NCBI GenBank assembly: GCA_038087875.1
Contig: JAXLNO010000270.1
Span: forward strand, 62,001-126,000
Reading direction: 5' to 3'
Length of the DNA stretch: 64,000 nt
Source: Malacoraja senta
Lineage: Eukaryota
Shown here: one piece after another, positions 51,101 through 64,000 of the stretch
Position numbering within the stretch: the first letter of the stretch is position 1
Layout of the letters: every line of letters begins with the position of its first letter
Position numbers and translations under genes: made by a program
The notes under the pieces: generated by a model
The model's database searches: none
What the model was told of the DNA's origin: nothing
What the model saw: only the letters and a program-made list of their open reading frames with translations

Positions 51101-53286
51101 TCATCCGATAACGAGGCACATGAGAGTCAGGACGTTGGTATGGAGGGTGGGGAAAGGAAGTCAGTATGCGAGTAGTGGCTGTTCGTTTAAATTATGCTAA
51201 TTGTAATGCAACAAGCCTGATGGGTAAGACACATGAACTTAGGGCTTGGATAGGTTTTTGCCGCCAAAGTGGATAACCTCACATTTATCTAATTTATACT
51301 GCATCTACCACGCATCTGCCCACTCACTCAACCTGTCCAGGTCACCCTGCAACCTCCTAACATCCTCTTCAAAGTTCACACTGCCACCCAGCTTTGTGTC
51401 ATCTGCAAACTTGCTAGTGTTGCTCCTAATTCCCTCTTCTAAATCATTAATATATATGGTAAACAGTTGCGACCCCAACACCGAGCATTGCGGCACTCCA
51501 CTCGCCTCTGCCTGCCATTCTGAAAAGGACCCGTTCACTCCTACTCTTTGCTTCCGGTCTCCCAACCAAATTTCTATCCATGTCAACACCCTACACCCAA
51601 TACCATGTGCTCTAATTTTAGACACCAGTCTCTTGTCGAATGCCTCACTGAAATCCATGTATACAGCATCGACAAGTCATTTCTCAACGACATTTTGGTC
51701 ACGTCTGCAAACAACTCAATCAGACTTGCGAGACACTACCTTCCCCGTACAAAACCATGCAGACTATCCCTAATCAGAACTTGCTTATCCAAATCCCTGT
51801 ATATCCAAATAACTGTAGTAAAGGTTGCTTATCGGGCTGGTGGTCTGCGACTAGTGGTGTGCCTCAGGGTTCGTTGCTGAGCCCGTTACTGTATGTCATC
51901 TACCCCGCTGACTCTGCCATATCCTTATTTCTTTGGAGCGCAGAAGGTTAACGGGGGACTTGATAGAAGTGTTTAAAATGATGAGCGGGTTAGGCAGAGT
52001 TGACGTGGATAAGCTTTTCCCATTGAGAGTAGGGAAGATTCAAACAAGGGGACATGACTTGAGAATTAAGGGTCAGAAGTTTAGGGGTAGCAATAGGGGG
52101 AACGTCTTTACCCAGAGAGTGGTGTCTGTGTGGAATGAGCTGCCAGTGGAAGTGGTGGAGGCAGGTTCGATTTTATCCATTAAAAATAGATTGGATGGGT
52201 ATATGGACGGGAAAGGAATGGAGGGATATGGTCTGAATGCAGGTAGATGGGACTAGGGGGAAAGAAGTAGAACGAAGGGGGAAAAAGTGTTCGGCACGGA
52301 CTTGAAGGGCCGAGATGGCCTGTTTCCGTGCTGTAATGGTTATATGGTTATATGGTTATATGGTTATTTCCTGCTCAATATACCTGTCCAATTGTTACCT
52401 TTAAATTGCCTTTATTGCCTGAGATTATCTTTATTGTATCGAGCTTCTCGTCGTCACTGCCTTATCAATATTTGGAGTGATCATTCTAATGACAATTAAT
52501 GGCACGACGCAATAAAGTGACTGAGCAAAATATATTGTAATAAGCCGTCAATATGCAAGTCACTTGGAGAATGGAGGAAAAGCTGAAAACGACTCACGAA
52601 CGTGGATGACCCATACATCCCCCAGTGACATATCCAGCAACAAACCGCATATTTATGCACGCGCCTAAAGTCACTTTCTGACACATTTCTATGTGCTGCA
52701 ATTGGTGTTACAATTGATCGGTGACCGAGAACCAACGAACCGACGCAAAACCAGAGCGCAGTGCTGAAGTACTATCTACCTCTTTGATCACCTAGGTCGG
52801 ACTTTGCTGGCTTTACCTTGCACTAAACGTTATTCATTTATAATGTCGTCCCTTATCACAGTGAATGGATCGATTGTAATCATGTGCTGTCTTTCTGCTG
52901 ACTGGTTAGCACGTAAGAAAATCTTTTCACTGTACCTCGGTACACGTGACAATATACTAAACTACCCTTAACTAAACTAAACTAATCTAAACACATTTTT
53001 GAAAACAGTTTAACCTTCATGACACAACACTGAACTTTCAACCTACTGCGTTGGAAACCTTTCATGACAACATTATAACTAATTGCATGTAATATCCTCG
53101 GTGAACTAAACATATTACACGTGCACAATGAGTAAAACCAGTTTTTGGTAAGTGTTTGTTCAATGGCCAGAGGCTAACGTGACTCTGGAGGGTACCAATT
53201 AGCTCAGTGGGCGTTCCGTGGTGTATAATAACACGTTGATCTGCTGCATGTCGCTTCGTACGAATGCTCGCTGCTTCAGGTAGAAA

Positions 53287-53356
53287 ATGGAGTATCCAGC
53301 GATTTTCCACGTTGCAACAAATTACTATCCTGTACTTGCAGCGATCGGCATTCCTG
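53287..53356 (+). CDS. GPCR copy 5 coding exon 1 (MEYPAIFHVATNYYPVLAAIGIP); CDS join(53287..53356,60107..60981), 314 aa
   Basis: ATG at 53287, G|GTAAGG donor at 53356/53357, phase-compatible with the acceptor ending at 60106. Confidence 0.88.
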
Positions 53357-56300
53357 GTAAGGTACTAGAACTGACTCGGCGACCGTTTCAAGGAACAGTT
53401 AGGGAGGGCGGCACGGTGGCCCAGTGATAGAGTTGCTGTCTTACAGCTCTTTCAACACTTTCAGTGCCAGAGACCCAGGTTCGATCCTGACTACGGGTGC
53501 TATATGTACGGCGTTTGTACGTTCTCCTCGTGACTTGCGTGGGTTTCTCCAAGAAATTCGATTTCCCCCCACACTCCAAAGACGTACAGGATTGTAGGCT
53601 TTTTGGCTTGGTAAATATGTACAAAATTTTCCTAATACGTGATGGATAGTGCTAATGTGCGGGGATAGCTGGTCGGTGCGGACTCGTTCGGCATGTTTCA
53701 GCGCTGTATATCTAAACTAAACTAAACTGAACTTAAACTTGGTCCGCCAACGCCTATTTATTCTGATGGTTGCTAAGCATTTGATATCGCCTTTCATTCA
53801 CATACTGACCTTTCTGACCTGCGCCTTTGTCAGAGTGCGGCGGCACACAAACCGAACGCCAACTCCTCATAATCCGCTTGATTAGCTCACAAACTGATTG
53901 AGTGCTTTCTCAAATATATTAGGCATCGAATCCACATCCACACCCTCCCTATCTGCCACTCAGTTATGTGTTCTACCACCGGTCCTCGCACCCAATTCTA
54001 TCACACACCTCCCCTTCCATCGACATTTCTTCTCCTGGCTTCACAATGCACATCCTTTGGCATATCTCAAAACGTTTGTCTTTTGACATCTGCAAATGTT
54101 AGTTTAGTTCAGTTCAGTCCTGAGATATAGCGCGGAAACAGATCCTTCGGCCCACCCATGCCGCCCATTAATCCCCACAGCGTAACAATAACCGACACAG
54201 ATTAGGTACAATTTACACTTATACAAAATCAATTAACATTCATGTACGTTTATGGAGTGTGGGGTGCACCCGGAGCACCCACACAGTACAAGGGGAGAAG
54301 GTACAAACTCCATACAGAGAGTATCCGTAGGCCGGATGAAATCCGTGTCTCTGGCAGCAACTGTACCACTGCGCCACCGTGCCGCCCCATGTTGAACCCA
54401 TCTGCTCAACTATTTCCACCTATAATTCGCCAGGCTTTGCCCTGTCGCTCCTTTTTTTTAATAGGTTTGCTCAACCACCACAATCAATCTGAGGAAAGTA
54501 CCCGAGCAATTGCTGACCCGCTGAGTTACTCCAGCACTTTATACCTATCCATGTCCTCTAGAGATGTTGCCTAACCGCAGAGATACTCCAGCACTTTGTA
54601 CCTATCCATGTTTTCCAGAGATACTGCATGACCCACTGAGTTACCCCAGCACTTTGTATCTATCCGTGTTCTCCAGAGATGTTGCTTGACCCGCTGAGTT
54701 ACAACACACTTTGTTCCGATCCGTGTTCTGCAGATATGCTGCCTGATGCGCTGAGTTACTCCCCCACTTTGTGCCTATACGTGTACACCAGAGGTGTTGC
54801 CTGACCCACTGACTTGATCCTGTACGTTGTGCATGCTTTACACTATTGTCTGCCATTCCTTGTATCTGCTATTTGCGTGTCTCGTCTTTCATATTTCGCT
54901 TCTTACAACGTAGACTCGCCGTTTACTAGGAAAAATCTCTTCCGTGTCAAAGATCTCGCTGCGTGGCAGTCGCGAAGAGAATTATTCTGTTGATCGACAC
55001 AAAATGCTGGAGTAACTCAGCGGGACTAGCAGCATCTCTGGAGAGAAGGATTGGGTGACGTTTTGGATGTCTTTGGACCCTTCTTCTCGACCTGAAACGT
55101 CACCCATTCCTTCTCTCCCGAGATGATGACTGTCCCGCTGAGTAAAATATAGCGATGATGAGCGGGAAGCCAGAAGATTGGGGCACATTTGGAGCACAAG
55201 AGAGGGTAACTAAAATGGCAATTCGGGGAGAGATGATGGACGAAAGTATGCTAGCCAAGAATATAATGGAGGATAGTAAAAGCTTATTTAGTTATGTGAA
55301 GAGGAAAAGATTAGTTAAGACAAATGTGGGTCCTTTGCAGACAAAACAGGTGAACGTATTATTGGGAAAAGGAAATGGCAAACGAGTTGAGCAGGTACTT
55401 TGGTGCTGTCTTCACTATGGAATACACAAACAATCTTCCAGTTGTACTGGGGGACAGAGAATCTAGGGTGACGGAGGCACTGAACGAAATTCACATTAGT
55501 CCGGAAATGTTTTGGATGGAACTGATGGGACTGAAGGCTGATACATCCCCAGGGTACACATGTAGGTGGCTCTAGAAATCGTGGAAGCATTGGTGATCCA
55601 ATATTCTAAAGATTCTGGATCAGTTCCTGTGGATTGAATGGTAGGTAATGTTATCCCACTTTTTAGGAAAGTAGGGAAAGAGAAACAGGGAATTATGTAG
55701 CAGTTAGATTGATATCGGTGGTGCGGAATATGCTGGAGTCGATTATCAAAGGTAATAGCGGCGCACTTGGATAGCAGTAAAAGGATCGGTCTAAGTCAGC
55801 ATGGATTATAGAAAGGGAAATCCTGCTAGACAAATGTTAAGCAATTTTTTGAGGATGTAACCAGTAAAATGGATAAGAGGGACAGTGGACGAAGTGTACT
55901 TGATAAGGTCTCACACATGAGATTAGTGGGCAAAATTGAGCACACGGTATAGGGGGTAGGATATTCACATGGATAAAAACCGGTTGGCAGGTAGGAAACG
56001 AAGATTATTAATATACGGGTCCCTTTCAGAATGGAAGGCAGTGAATAGTCTAGTGTCGCAAGGTTCGGTGCTGGCACCGCTGCTATTTACAATATCTATT
56101 GATGATTTAAATGAAGAAATTAAAAGTGACATTAGCAAATTCGCAGATGACACGAGGCTGTGTGGCAGCGTGAACTGTGAAGATACAATACGATACAAAT
56201 TTATTGTCATTTGAACGTCAACAGAAGTTCAAACGAAATTTTGTTTCTGCAGTCACACAACAAGAAAAGAACCAAGACACAAAAAGAGCACAATTTACAC

Positions 56301-57987
56301 AAATATCCATCACAGTGAACCTCCTTCTCACTTTGTTGGAAGGCAAAGTATTGTCTCTCCCCTGTGTTCCATTCTTCTCCGGATGTTAAAGCCTTCGGAG
56401 GGCGATGGCAAGTCCCGCGGCCGTTACGCCGCTCCGGGTCACCCTCAACCCCGCAACTCGGGCGGGAGAAGTTGCCGTTGCGGGAGCTCCGAAAAGCGGT
56501 CTGCCACCAGGGACACGCGCGCTCCCGATGTCACCGTCCACCGGACCGACGGCTGGAGCCACCGAGCTCCGGAGTCGGGTCGCAGCAGCGCGCCACCACA
56601 GCTCTCCACGCTCCGAAACCGGCCAGCCACACCATGGCTGCGCGACTGGAGCACCCAGGTTGATCCGTTTGGAGGCCGCACCACAGTGCCGCCCCAACGA
56701 CAACGGAGACACGACAGGGAAAGGTCGGGTCCCCCGTACAGGGAAGATATTTAAACGTTTCCCCCACCCCCACTCCCGCGCCCCACATATACACAGCTAA
56801 AAACAATATAATATCCATAACAAACTATACATTCAACGGGACAAAAAATTAAAATTAAAAATAAAAAGGGGATACTTTGTTGATGAAGGGTGACTTGTAT
56901 AGTTTGGGTGAGTGGGCAGATGCATGACAGATGCAGTGTAATGTGGATACATGTGAGGTTATTGACTTTGGTGGCAAGAACAAGAAGGCAGGTTATTATT
57001 TGAAACGTTTCAGATTAGGAAAAGGGGAAGTACAACGAGACCTGGGTGTCCTTGTACATCAATCACTGAACGTAAGTATGCAGTTAAAGCAGGCAGCGAA
57101 GAAAGCTAATGGCATGTTGGCCTTCATAACGACAGGATTTGAGTATAGAAGCAAAGAGGTCCTTCTACAGTTTTACAGGGCGCTGGTTGGACCACACCTG
57201 GAGTTGTGTGTGCAATTTGGGTATCATAACTTCAGGAACGACATTCTTTCTCTTGCGAACGTGCATCGTAGGTTCACGAAGTTAATTCCCTGGATGGTTG
57301 GACTGTCATATGATGAAAGAATGGAACGACTGTGTTTGTATACACTGGAACTTAGAAGGAATAGGGGACCTTCCAGAAACATATAAAATTATTTAGCGAT
57401 TAGATAAGCTAGATGCCGGAAACATGGTCCCGATATTGGGGAGTCCAGAACCAGGGGCCACAGAATAACAATAAGAGGTAAGCCATTTAGAACTGAGACG
57501 AGAAAAAACGATTTCACCCAGAGAGTTGTGAATTTGTGTAATTCTCTGCCTCAGAAGGTAGTGGAGTCCGATTCACTGGATGCATTCACAAGAGAGGTCT
57601 TAGGGCTAGCTGAATCCATGGATATGGGGAGAAGGCGGGAACGGGGTTCTAATTTTGGATGATCAGCCATGATCACATAGAATCGCGGTGCTGGCCCGAA
57701 GGGCCGAATGGCCTACACCTGTATCTATTTTCTATGGTTCTATGATTCCATGATTCACTCTTTCTCTATCTTCGGTTTAAACTAGCATCTGCAGTTCCTT
57801 CCCACACAAATTATTCTGCTACTTCATTTTCGAATATTGTTTCATGTTACATTAATGGTTCATTTTATCAGGATATTTGAATTCGAATCTCAACATAACC
57901 ATTTGCACATATGAAGTATATCTAATTAGCTTACGAAACATTTAAAAAACAAGTGCATGCAAGAATTGCAGACGCTAGCTCAAATCC

Positions 57988-60082
57988 GAGGTAGACAGCA
58001 AATGCTGGAGTAACTCCGCGGGTGAGGCAGCATCCCTGGAGAGAAGGAATTGTCGACGTTTCGGGTCGAGACCCTTCTTCAGCCTGATGTCATGGGAGTG
58101 GGCGGGACAAATATAGAATGTTGGTGGAGACAATATGACTAGTGGGAGAACTGAGATGGGGAGGGCATGGGGAGGGAACGCAAGGGCTATCTGAAGTTAG
58201 AGAAGTCAATGTTCATACCGCTATGGTGTAAACTACCCAAGCGAAACATGAGGTGCTGCTCATCCAATTTGCGCTGGGCCTCACTCTGACAATGGAAGAG
58301 GGCCAGGACAGAAAGGTTTGATAGGGAATGGAAGAGGGTGTTGAAGTGCTGGGCCACCGGGGGATCAGATAGGTTAAGACGGAGTGAGCGGAGGTGTTCA
58401 TATCCCGCCGAAACACCCTGGTCAACTCGACCCTTCCCACCCAAACCACCCCGCCCCATGTAATATTCCCTTCAACCGCAGGACATGCAACACCTGGACC
58501 TTTACCTCCCTCCTCGACTCCATCCAAGGACACAAATTACTCCTCAATGACATTATTCTACCAGATCCCCACTCCCTTTTCTTTACTCTGGATGGCCAGT
58601 CAATCTCCACCTCCATCCCCCACCAGTATGCTGTTAAAGCCCTCCGTTTCTTCCTCATCGGCAGAACCAGCCAATTTCCCTCTACAAGAATCTACTCCGC
58701 CAGCAGAGCTGGTCCTTACTCTCACATTCTCCTTAGACTCCTCCCACTTCCCCAGATCCAAGGCGCAGCGATGGGCACTCGCATGGGCCCTAGCAATGCT
58801 TGCCTCTCTGTAGGGAACGTCGAACATGGCCTGTTCCAGGCGGGCACTGGCCCAATCCCCGAACTTTACCTCAGCTACATTGACGACTGCATTGGTACTA
58901 CCTACTGCACCCATGCAGAACTCATAGACTTCATCAACTAGACCACAAATTACCATCCTGCACTCAAATTCACTTGGACAATGTCCGACATCTCCCAACC
59001 GTTTCTAGATCTCACCGTCTCCATCACAGGAAACAGAATATTGACCGGCATCTACTGCAAATATACTGACTCCCATTTCTATCTTGACCACCATTTTCAC
59101 ACCCTGCTTCCTGTAAAGACTCTACCACCTATTCCCAATTCATCCGTCTGTGTGGCATCTGCGCCCAGGATGAGGTGTTCCTTCCATACCTGGGCATCGG
59201 ATATGTCCTCAATCTTTGGGACGGGGTTTCCCCTCTTCCATTATAGACGAGGCTCCCACAAGGGTCTCGTCTATATCTCGGGCTCCGCTCTTACTCTCCC
59301 TCCCCCCATTCTTAATAAGGACAGTCACCCTTGTCCTCACCTTCCACCCCATCAGCCGTCTCATACAGGATATAATCCTCCAACTTTTCCGCCACCTCCA
59401 ACGGGAACCCACTACTGGCCACATCTTCACATCTCCACCACTTTCAGCTTCCCGTAGAGACCGTTCGCTCCGAAACTCCCAGGTCAACACGTCCCTCCCA
59501 CTAAAACCTCCCCTTATCCAGATACTTTCCCCTGCAAACGCAGACGATGCAACACCTGTCCCATTACCTCGTCCCTCGACTCCATCCAAGCACGCACACA
59601 GTCTTTCCAGGTGAGGCAGAGGTTCACTTGCACTTCCTCCAACGTCATCTATTGTATCCGCTGTTCCAGGTGACAACATCTCTAGATCGCCGAAACCATG
59701 CGCCGGCTCGGCGATCATTTCGCTGAACACCTCCGCTCAGTCAGTCTTCAACTCCCGCTTCAACTCCCCCTCCCATTCCCAAACTGACCTCTCTGTCCTC
59801 GACCTCCTCCATTGTCAAATTGGAGGAACAGCATCTCATATTTCACTTGGGTCGTTAACACCGCAGCGGGATGAACATTGACTGCTCTAACTTCATATAG
59901 CCCTTGCTTTATCTCTCCATCCCCTTCCCCTTCCCAGTTCTCCCACGTCTTACTGTCTCCACCTACATTCTTACTGTTTCCCTCCCCCTCCCCTGAATTC
60001 TCGACCCGAAACGTTACCCATTGCTTCTCTCCAAAGATGCACCCTCGCCCGTTGATTTACTCCAGCATTTTTTTATCTACCT
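57988..60082 (+). mobile_element. Penelope-like element with inverted 5' terminal repeat (paralog of 42924-45019)
   Basis: Same RT motifs; the 185-aa ORF at 58384 matches the one at 43320. Confidence 0.8.
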
Positions 60083-60106
60083 TTAAAAAAATCTTATTTC
60101 TTTCAG

Positions 60107-60981
60107 TTAATTTATTGGCTGTTGTGATCCTGTGCCGCGGAATTTGTGGTCTCTCCAAATGCGTTACCCGCTACCTGGTGGCTATGGCAGCAGTGGATCT
60201 AATGGTGGTTGTAGTTAATGTTGTACTGGAGCAGATAAATTATATATATATGTATGCTGAGTTCTTGATCACTACTCCAACTTGCGCTGTGATAGTCGCC
60301 CTACGAGTCGCAAACATGAGCTGTTCCGTTTGGTTCACGGTCGCGTTTACTTTCGATCGATACATCTGTATATGCTGCCAGAAGCTGCGGAACCAATATT
60401 GTCGCGGGAGAATAGCGACTGCGGTGATAATAACAGTGGTGGTAATGAGTTGTGCACAGGGTATTCCATATTACTTTGCAGTCGATCCAAGTCGTTGCGT
60501 CGGCACAGTTGAATTTCGTACGTCACCTCAATGGAAAGCCTATACGTTGTTTCATAATATCATTACTCCGTTATCACCGTTCGGGACAATTGTACTGCTT
60601 AATGTTTCAACAGTTAGACATATTATAACGGCAAATAAACTCCGCCAGCGACTCAGGAAAAGTCGTGGTGATCAGAAAGACTCAGAGGTACAGAACCGGA
60701 GAAAGTCAATGATATTGCTCTTCGCTCTAACAGCCAATTTCATATTATTGTGGATACCCAAAGTTGTGCATGATGTGAACCGGCAAGTATCAAACTATAC
60801 CTACCAGGACAAGTATTTCAGCAGTCCTATGTATATTCTACAAGTGTCCGGATTTATGATGCAGTTGCTCAGTACCTGTACCAACTCCTGTATCTATGGA
60901 CTGACGATGCGAAAATTCAGAGAGGAATTGAAGAGCGGAGTCAAGTGTTTGTTTACATTGAACGGAATGCTCTGTAAATAA
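60107..60981 (+). CDS. GPCR copy 5 coding exon 2, intact (GPR139/GPR142-like class A GPCR)
   Basis: Acceptor ends at 60106; 875 nt open; differs from copy 4 at 5 nt by visual comparison. Confidence 0.92.
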
Positions 60982-62212
60982 ATAGGACAAGCAATTGTAA
61001 GTTCGTTGAGCTTGTAAATAAATGTCCAGAAAATACAAAATGTCTAGCTTGTTTCACGAAGATGACTCAAGTCTTTTTCTTGCACTATTATTCTAATTGA
61101 TCAGGTTTAATCCGGAGGAAAGGGTCGGCGCAGTGGGCACGACCCAGTTGTGCTACATCAATTCATTGTTGCTTTGTGGCATATCAATGAATAGAGTACT
61201 TAACGCCGATTACATGGTTTCGCGGTCGGATTCATGACCCGTGTCTAACATACTATGTTTGGCGTCATCTCGTGTTCTGGGTCTAACACCTCCCATTGAG
61301 CGTGCATATATTTGCATCTGCTAGCGTTTTATTCAAGGGGGCTAGAATACAAAAACATGGATGTAATGCTGAGGCTCTATAGGGCGTGACGGGCCGCATT
61401 TTTAATATTGTGAGCAATTTTCGGCACCATATCCGAGGAAGAAAGAGCTGTGGAAAGCGCCCGGCGGATGTTTACAAGAATAATAGGACGAATGAGTGAG
61501 TTAACATATGATGAGCGTTCGACGACATTGGGCCTATATTCGCTCGAATTTAAAAGAATGGCGGGGGACCTCATTGAAACATACCGAATAGTGAAAGGAT
61601 AAAGTGGATAGAGTCATAGAGTGATACTGTATGAAACATGCCCTTTGGCCCAACTTTCCTAGAGCAGTCAACATGCCCCAGCTACACTAGTCGTACCTGG
61701 CACCATTCAGCCCATATCGCTTCAAACCTGTCCTATCTATATATCTCTCTAACTGTTTCTTAAACGTTGGGATAGTCGCTGCCTCAAATACCTGCTCTGG
61801 CAGCTTGTTCCATACATTCATGACCCTTTATGTGAAAAGGTTACCCTCAGAACCCTATTAAATATTTTCCCCTTCACCCTAAACCTATATACTCTGTTCC
61901 GTGATTCACCTACTCTGGCACGAGATTAAGTGCATCTACCCGATCAACTGTGGTCCTTTCGCAATCTTATACATCTATATGAGATCACCACTCAACATCC
62001 TGCGCTCCAAGCCATAGAGTCCCAGCCTGCTCGACCTTTGCCTCTGGCTCAGACCTTCTAATCCTGGCAGCATCCTCACCAACATCTTATATAACTGCAA
62101 CATGACCTCCCAATTTCCATACTCGATACTCTGACTGATGAATAGCAATATGCCAAAAGCCTTCTCACCACCTGATCTACGTGCGACACCGCCTTCAGGG
62201 AACTATGCACAT

Positions 62213-63231
62213 AATAATAATAATAATAATAATAAAAGTTATTTATGGGCGCCTTTCAAAAGTCTCAAGGACACCTTACAAAGTTTAACAAATAGTGTAG
62301 AAACATGTAAGCGGAATGAAATAAATAGCAAAGACATCACCAGTACACAAATTAAAGATAGAATTAAATCCCAAAACAAAAATCAAAAATACAATATGGA
62401 AGAGAGAGCAGCGGCTGCTAAAGCGCACCAGCGTCCACTTTCCCTTCCGACCGCCATCTTGGACATAGACTACACATAGACACTACACATTACACACAAA
62501 ATCATCCCCCACAATGATTACCACTGTGGGGGAGGCACAATGTCTAGTCCCCAACCCCAGTTCACCCAAAGTCAGGCCTATTGAGGCCTCCACAGTTGCC
62601 TCTACGGAGGCCCGATGTTCCTGGCCGTTCTCGCCGGGTGCAGTTGCCCCGGCGTCGGGAGAGTCCTCACAGCGGCTGGGACGGCGGGAACGGCCGATTT
62701 CCTACCTGAGTCCGTGGCACCTGAAGCCGACAAGGCCGCGCCGATTTGGAGCTCAGAGGCTCCCGATGTTGGAGTCGGCGCCGCCGCCCGCGGCTGGTCG
62801 CTCCGCAGTCCCGCAGCCCGGAGGTGTTGAGCTCGGCGGTCGCAGCTCACCGGAACTCCAGCGCGTCGATCCAGCGCGGCGACCCAGGCAAGGCATCGCC
62901 CGCTCCGCTCCGCTTCGCTCCGCGATAGCGCTCCAGCGCTGTGCCGCCACCGAAGCTGAAGGTGCTGGGCAGTCCCCGCCAGGAACACGACGCTCCACGC
63001 CGCTCCACGCCCGCTGGTAGGCCGCAAGGACGGGTCGACGGGGCAGCCCGGAGAAAAAGCTGCCTCACCGACCAGGTAGGGACCTAGAAATATGTTCCCC
63101 CTTACCCCCCCCACATTAAAAGCCAAAATTCCCCAACAGACAAAGAAATAAAAAAACTAAAAACTAAGAAAAAAGTGAATTTAACGGACGGCTGCTGGTT
63201 AGCAGCCTTTCCCCAAGATGGCTCCTCCTCG
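62213..63231 (-). mobile_element. GC-rich non-autonomous retroposon with (TTA)n tail (paralog of 47144-48160)
   Basis: Near-identical sequence at the same insertion point. Confidence 0.8.
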
Positions 63232-64000
63232 ATGTACTCCTATATCTCTCTGCTCTACAACATTACCCAATAGACAAACGACAATGGATGCAGAACTAGC
63301 CATTGGACGCTTCGAGCCAGCACCGCCATTCAATGTGATCATGGCTGATCATCCCTAATCCAGATCATCCTGACCCGAACCATTCACTGTGTAGGTTCTG
63401 CCCATGATAGACTTCCCAAATATGCCAGTATATCCAATCTCACTGAACAGCATCGAGAGACATTCCATCCACAAATGATAAGCTTACTGTTCTATAGTTA
63501 ATAGCATTTTCACTGCAGCCCTTCTTGAATAAAGGCACAGCATTTGCTACCCTACAATCTTCTGGCAACCCTCCCGTATTTATAGACGACTCGTAAATTT
63601 CAAACAGGGATCCCACAATCTCCTCTGTGGTTTCCCACAATGACCGCGGATATATCTGATCAGGCCCTGGAGAGTTGTCTAACTTCATACACGATAGTAC
63701 CTCCAACGTACTATCGACCGTAATACTGACTGCTCTTATTACCCTGCCCTTGACTTCCCCAAGTTCCTCCGTCCTCCTCTCTTTCTCCTCCGTAAATACT
63801 TATGAGAAACACTCATTGAAGACCTTGCCCATCTCCTTTTGCTCCACACATAGTTGACCGTTTTGCATCCTGAGGGATCCCACTATCTCGTGTTACCTTT
63901 TCCATCCTTATATATTTATAAAATCTCTTGGGGTTTTCCTTAATGCTATTTGCCAGAGCTAGCTCCTTGCCTGTTTTTTGCCCTTCTGATTTTCTTTTTT

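Noticed and set aside
59878..60106. Longer single-exon GPCR ORFs (367 aa here; 319 aa at 44958; starts at 2092, 17812 and 25433)
   Set aside because: The extensions start at non-ATG codons or differ between copies, run through Penelope/intron sequence and cross a strong acceptor. The real N-terminus is the 70-nt upstream exon.

Overview
Eukaryotic, repeat-dense genomic DNA, most likely from a cartilaginous fish (skate/ray-like; inferred from HE1/V-SINE, CR1 and Penelope repeat content). The window is a head-to-tail tandem array of about 15-kb units. Each unit carries a two-coding-exon class A GPCR gene of the GPR139/GPR142-like type on the + strand. Five exon-2 copies start at 2111, 17828, 25518, 45043 and 60107. 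Three 70-nt first coding exons (12652, 38511, 53287) are missed by the ORF track. Copies 4 and 5 are complete 314-aa genes, copy 1 has an intact exon 2 with exon 1 presumably upstream of the window, and copies 2 and 3 are pseudogenes. The rest is nested retroelement debris: CR1 LINEs, Penelope-like elements, V-SINEs and GC-rich non-autonomous retroposons. Unit-specific events include a young L1 with a 14-bp TSD, a 1577-bp tandem duplication, several deletions and an apparent conversion/crossover tract. Comparing paralogous units gives filled versus empty sites for several insertions. Repeat boundaries are approximate unless a TSD is given.
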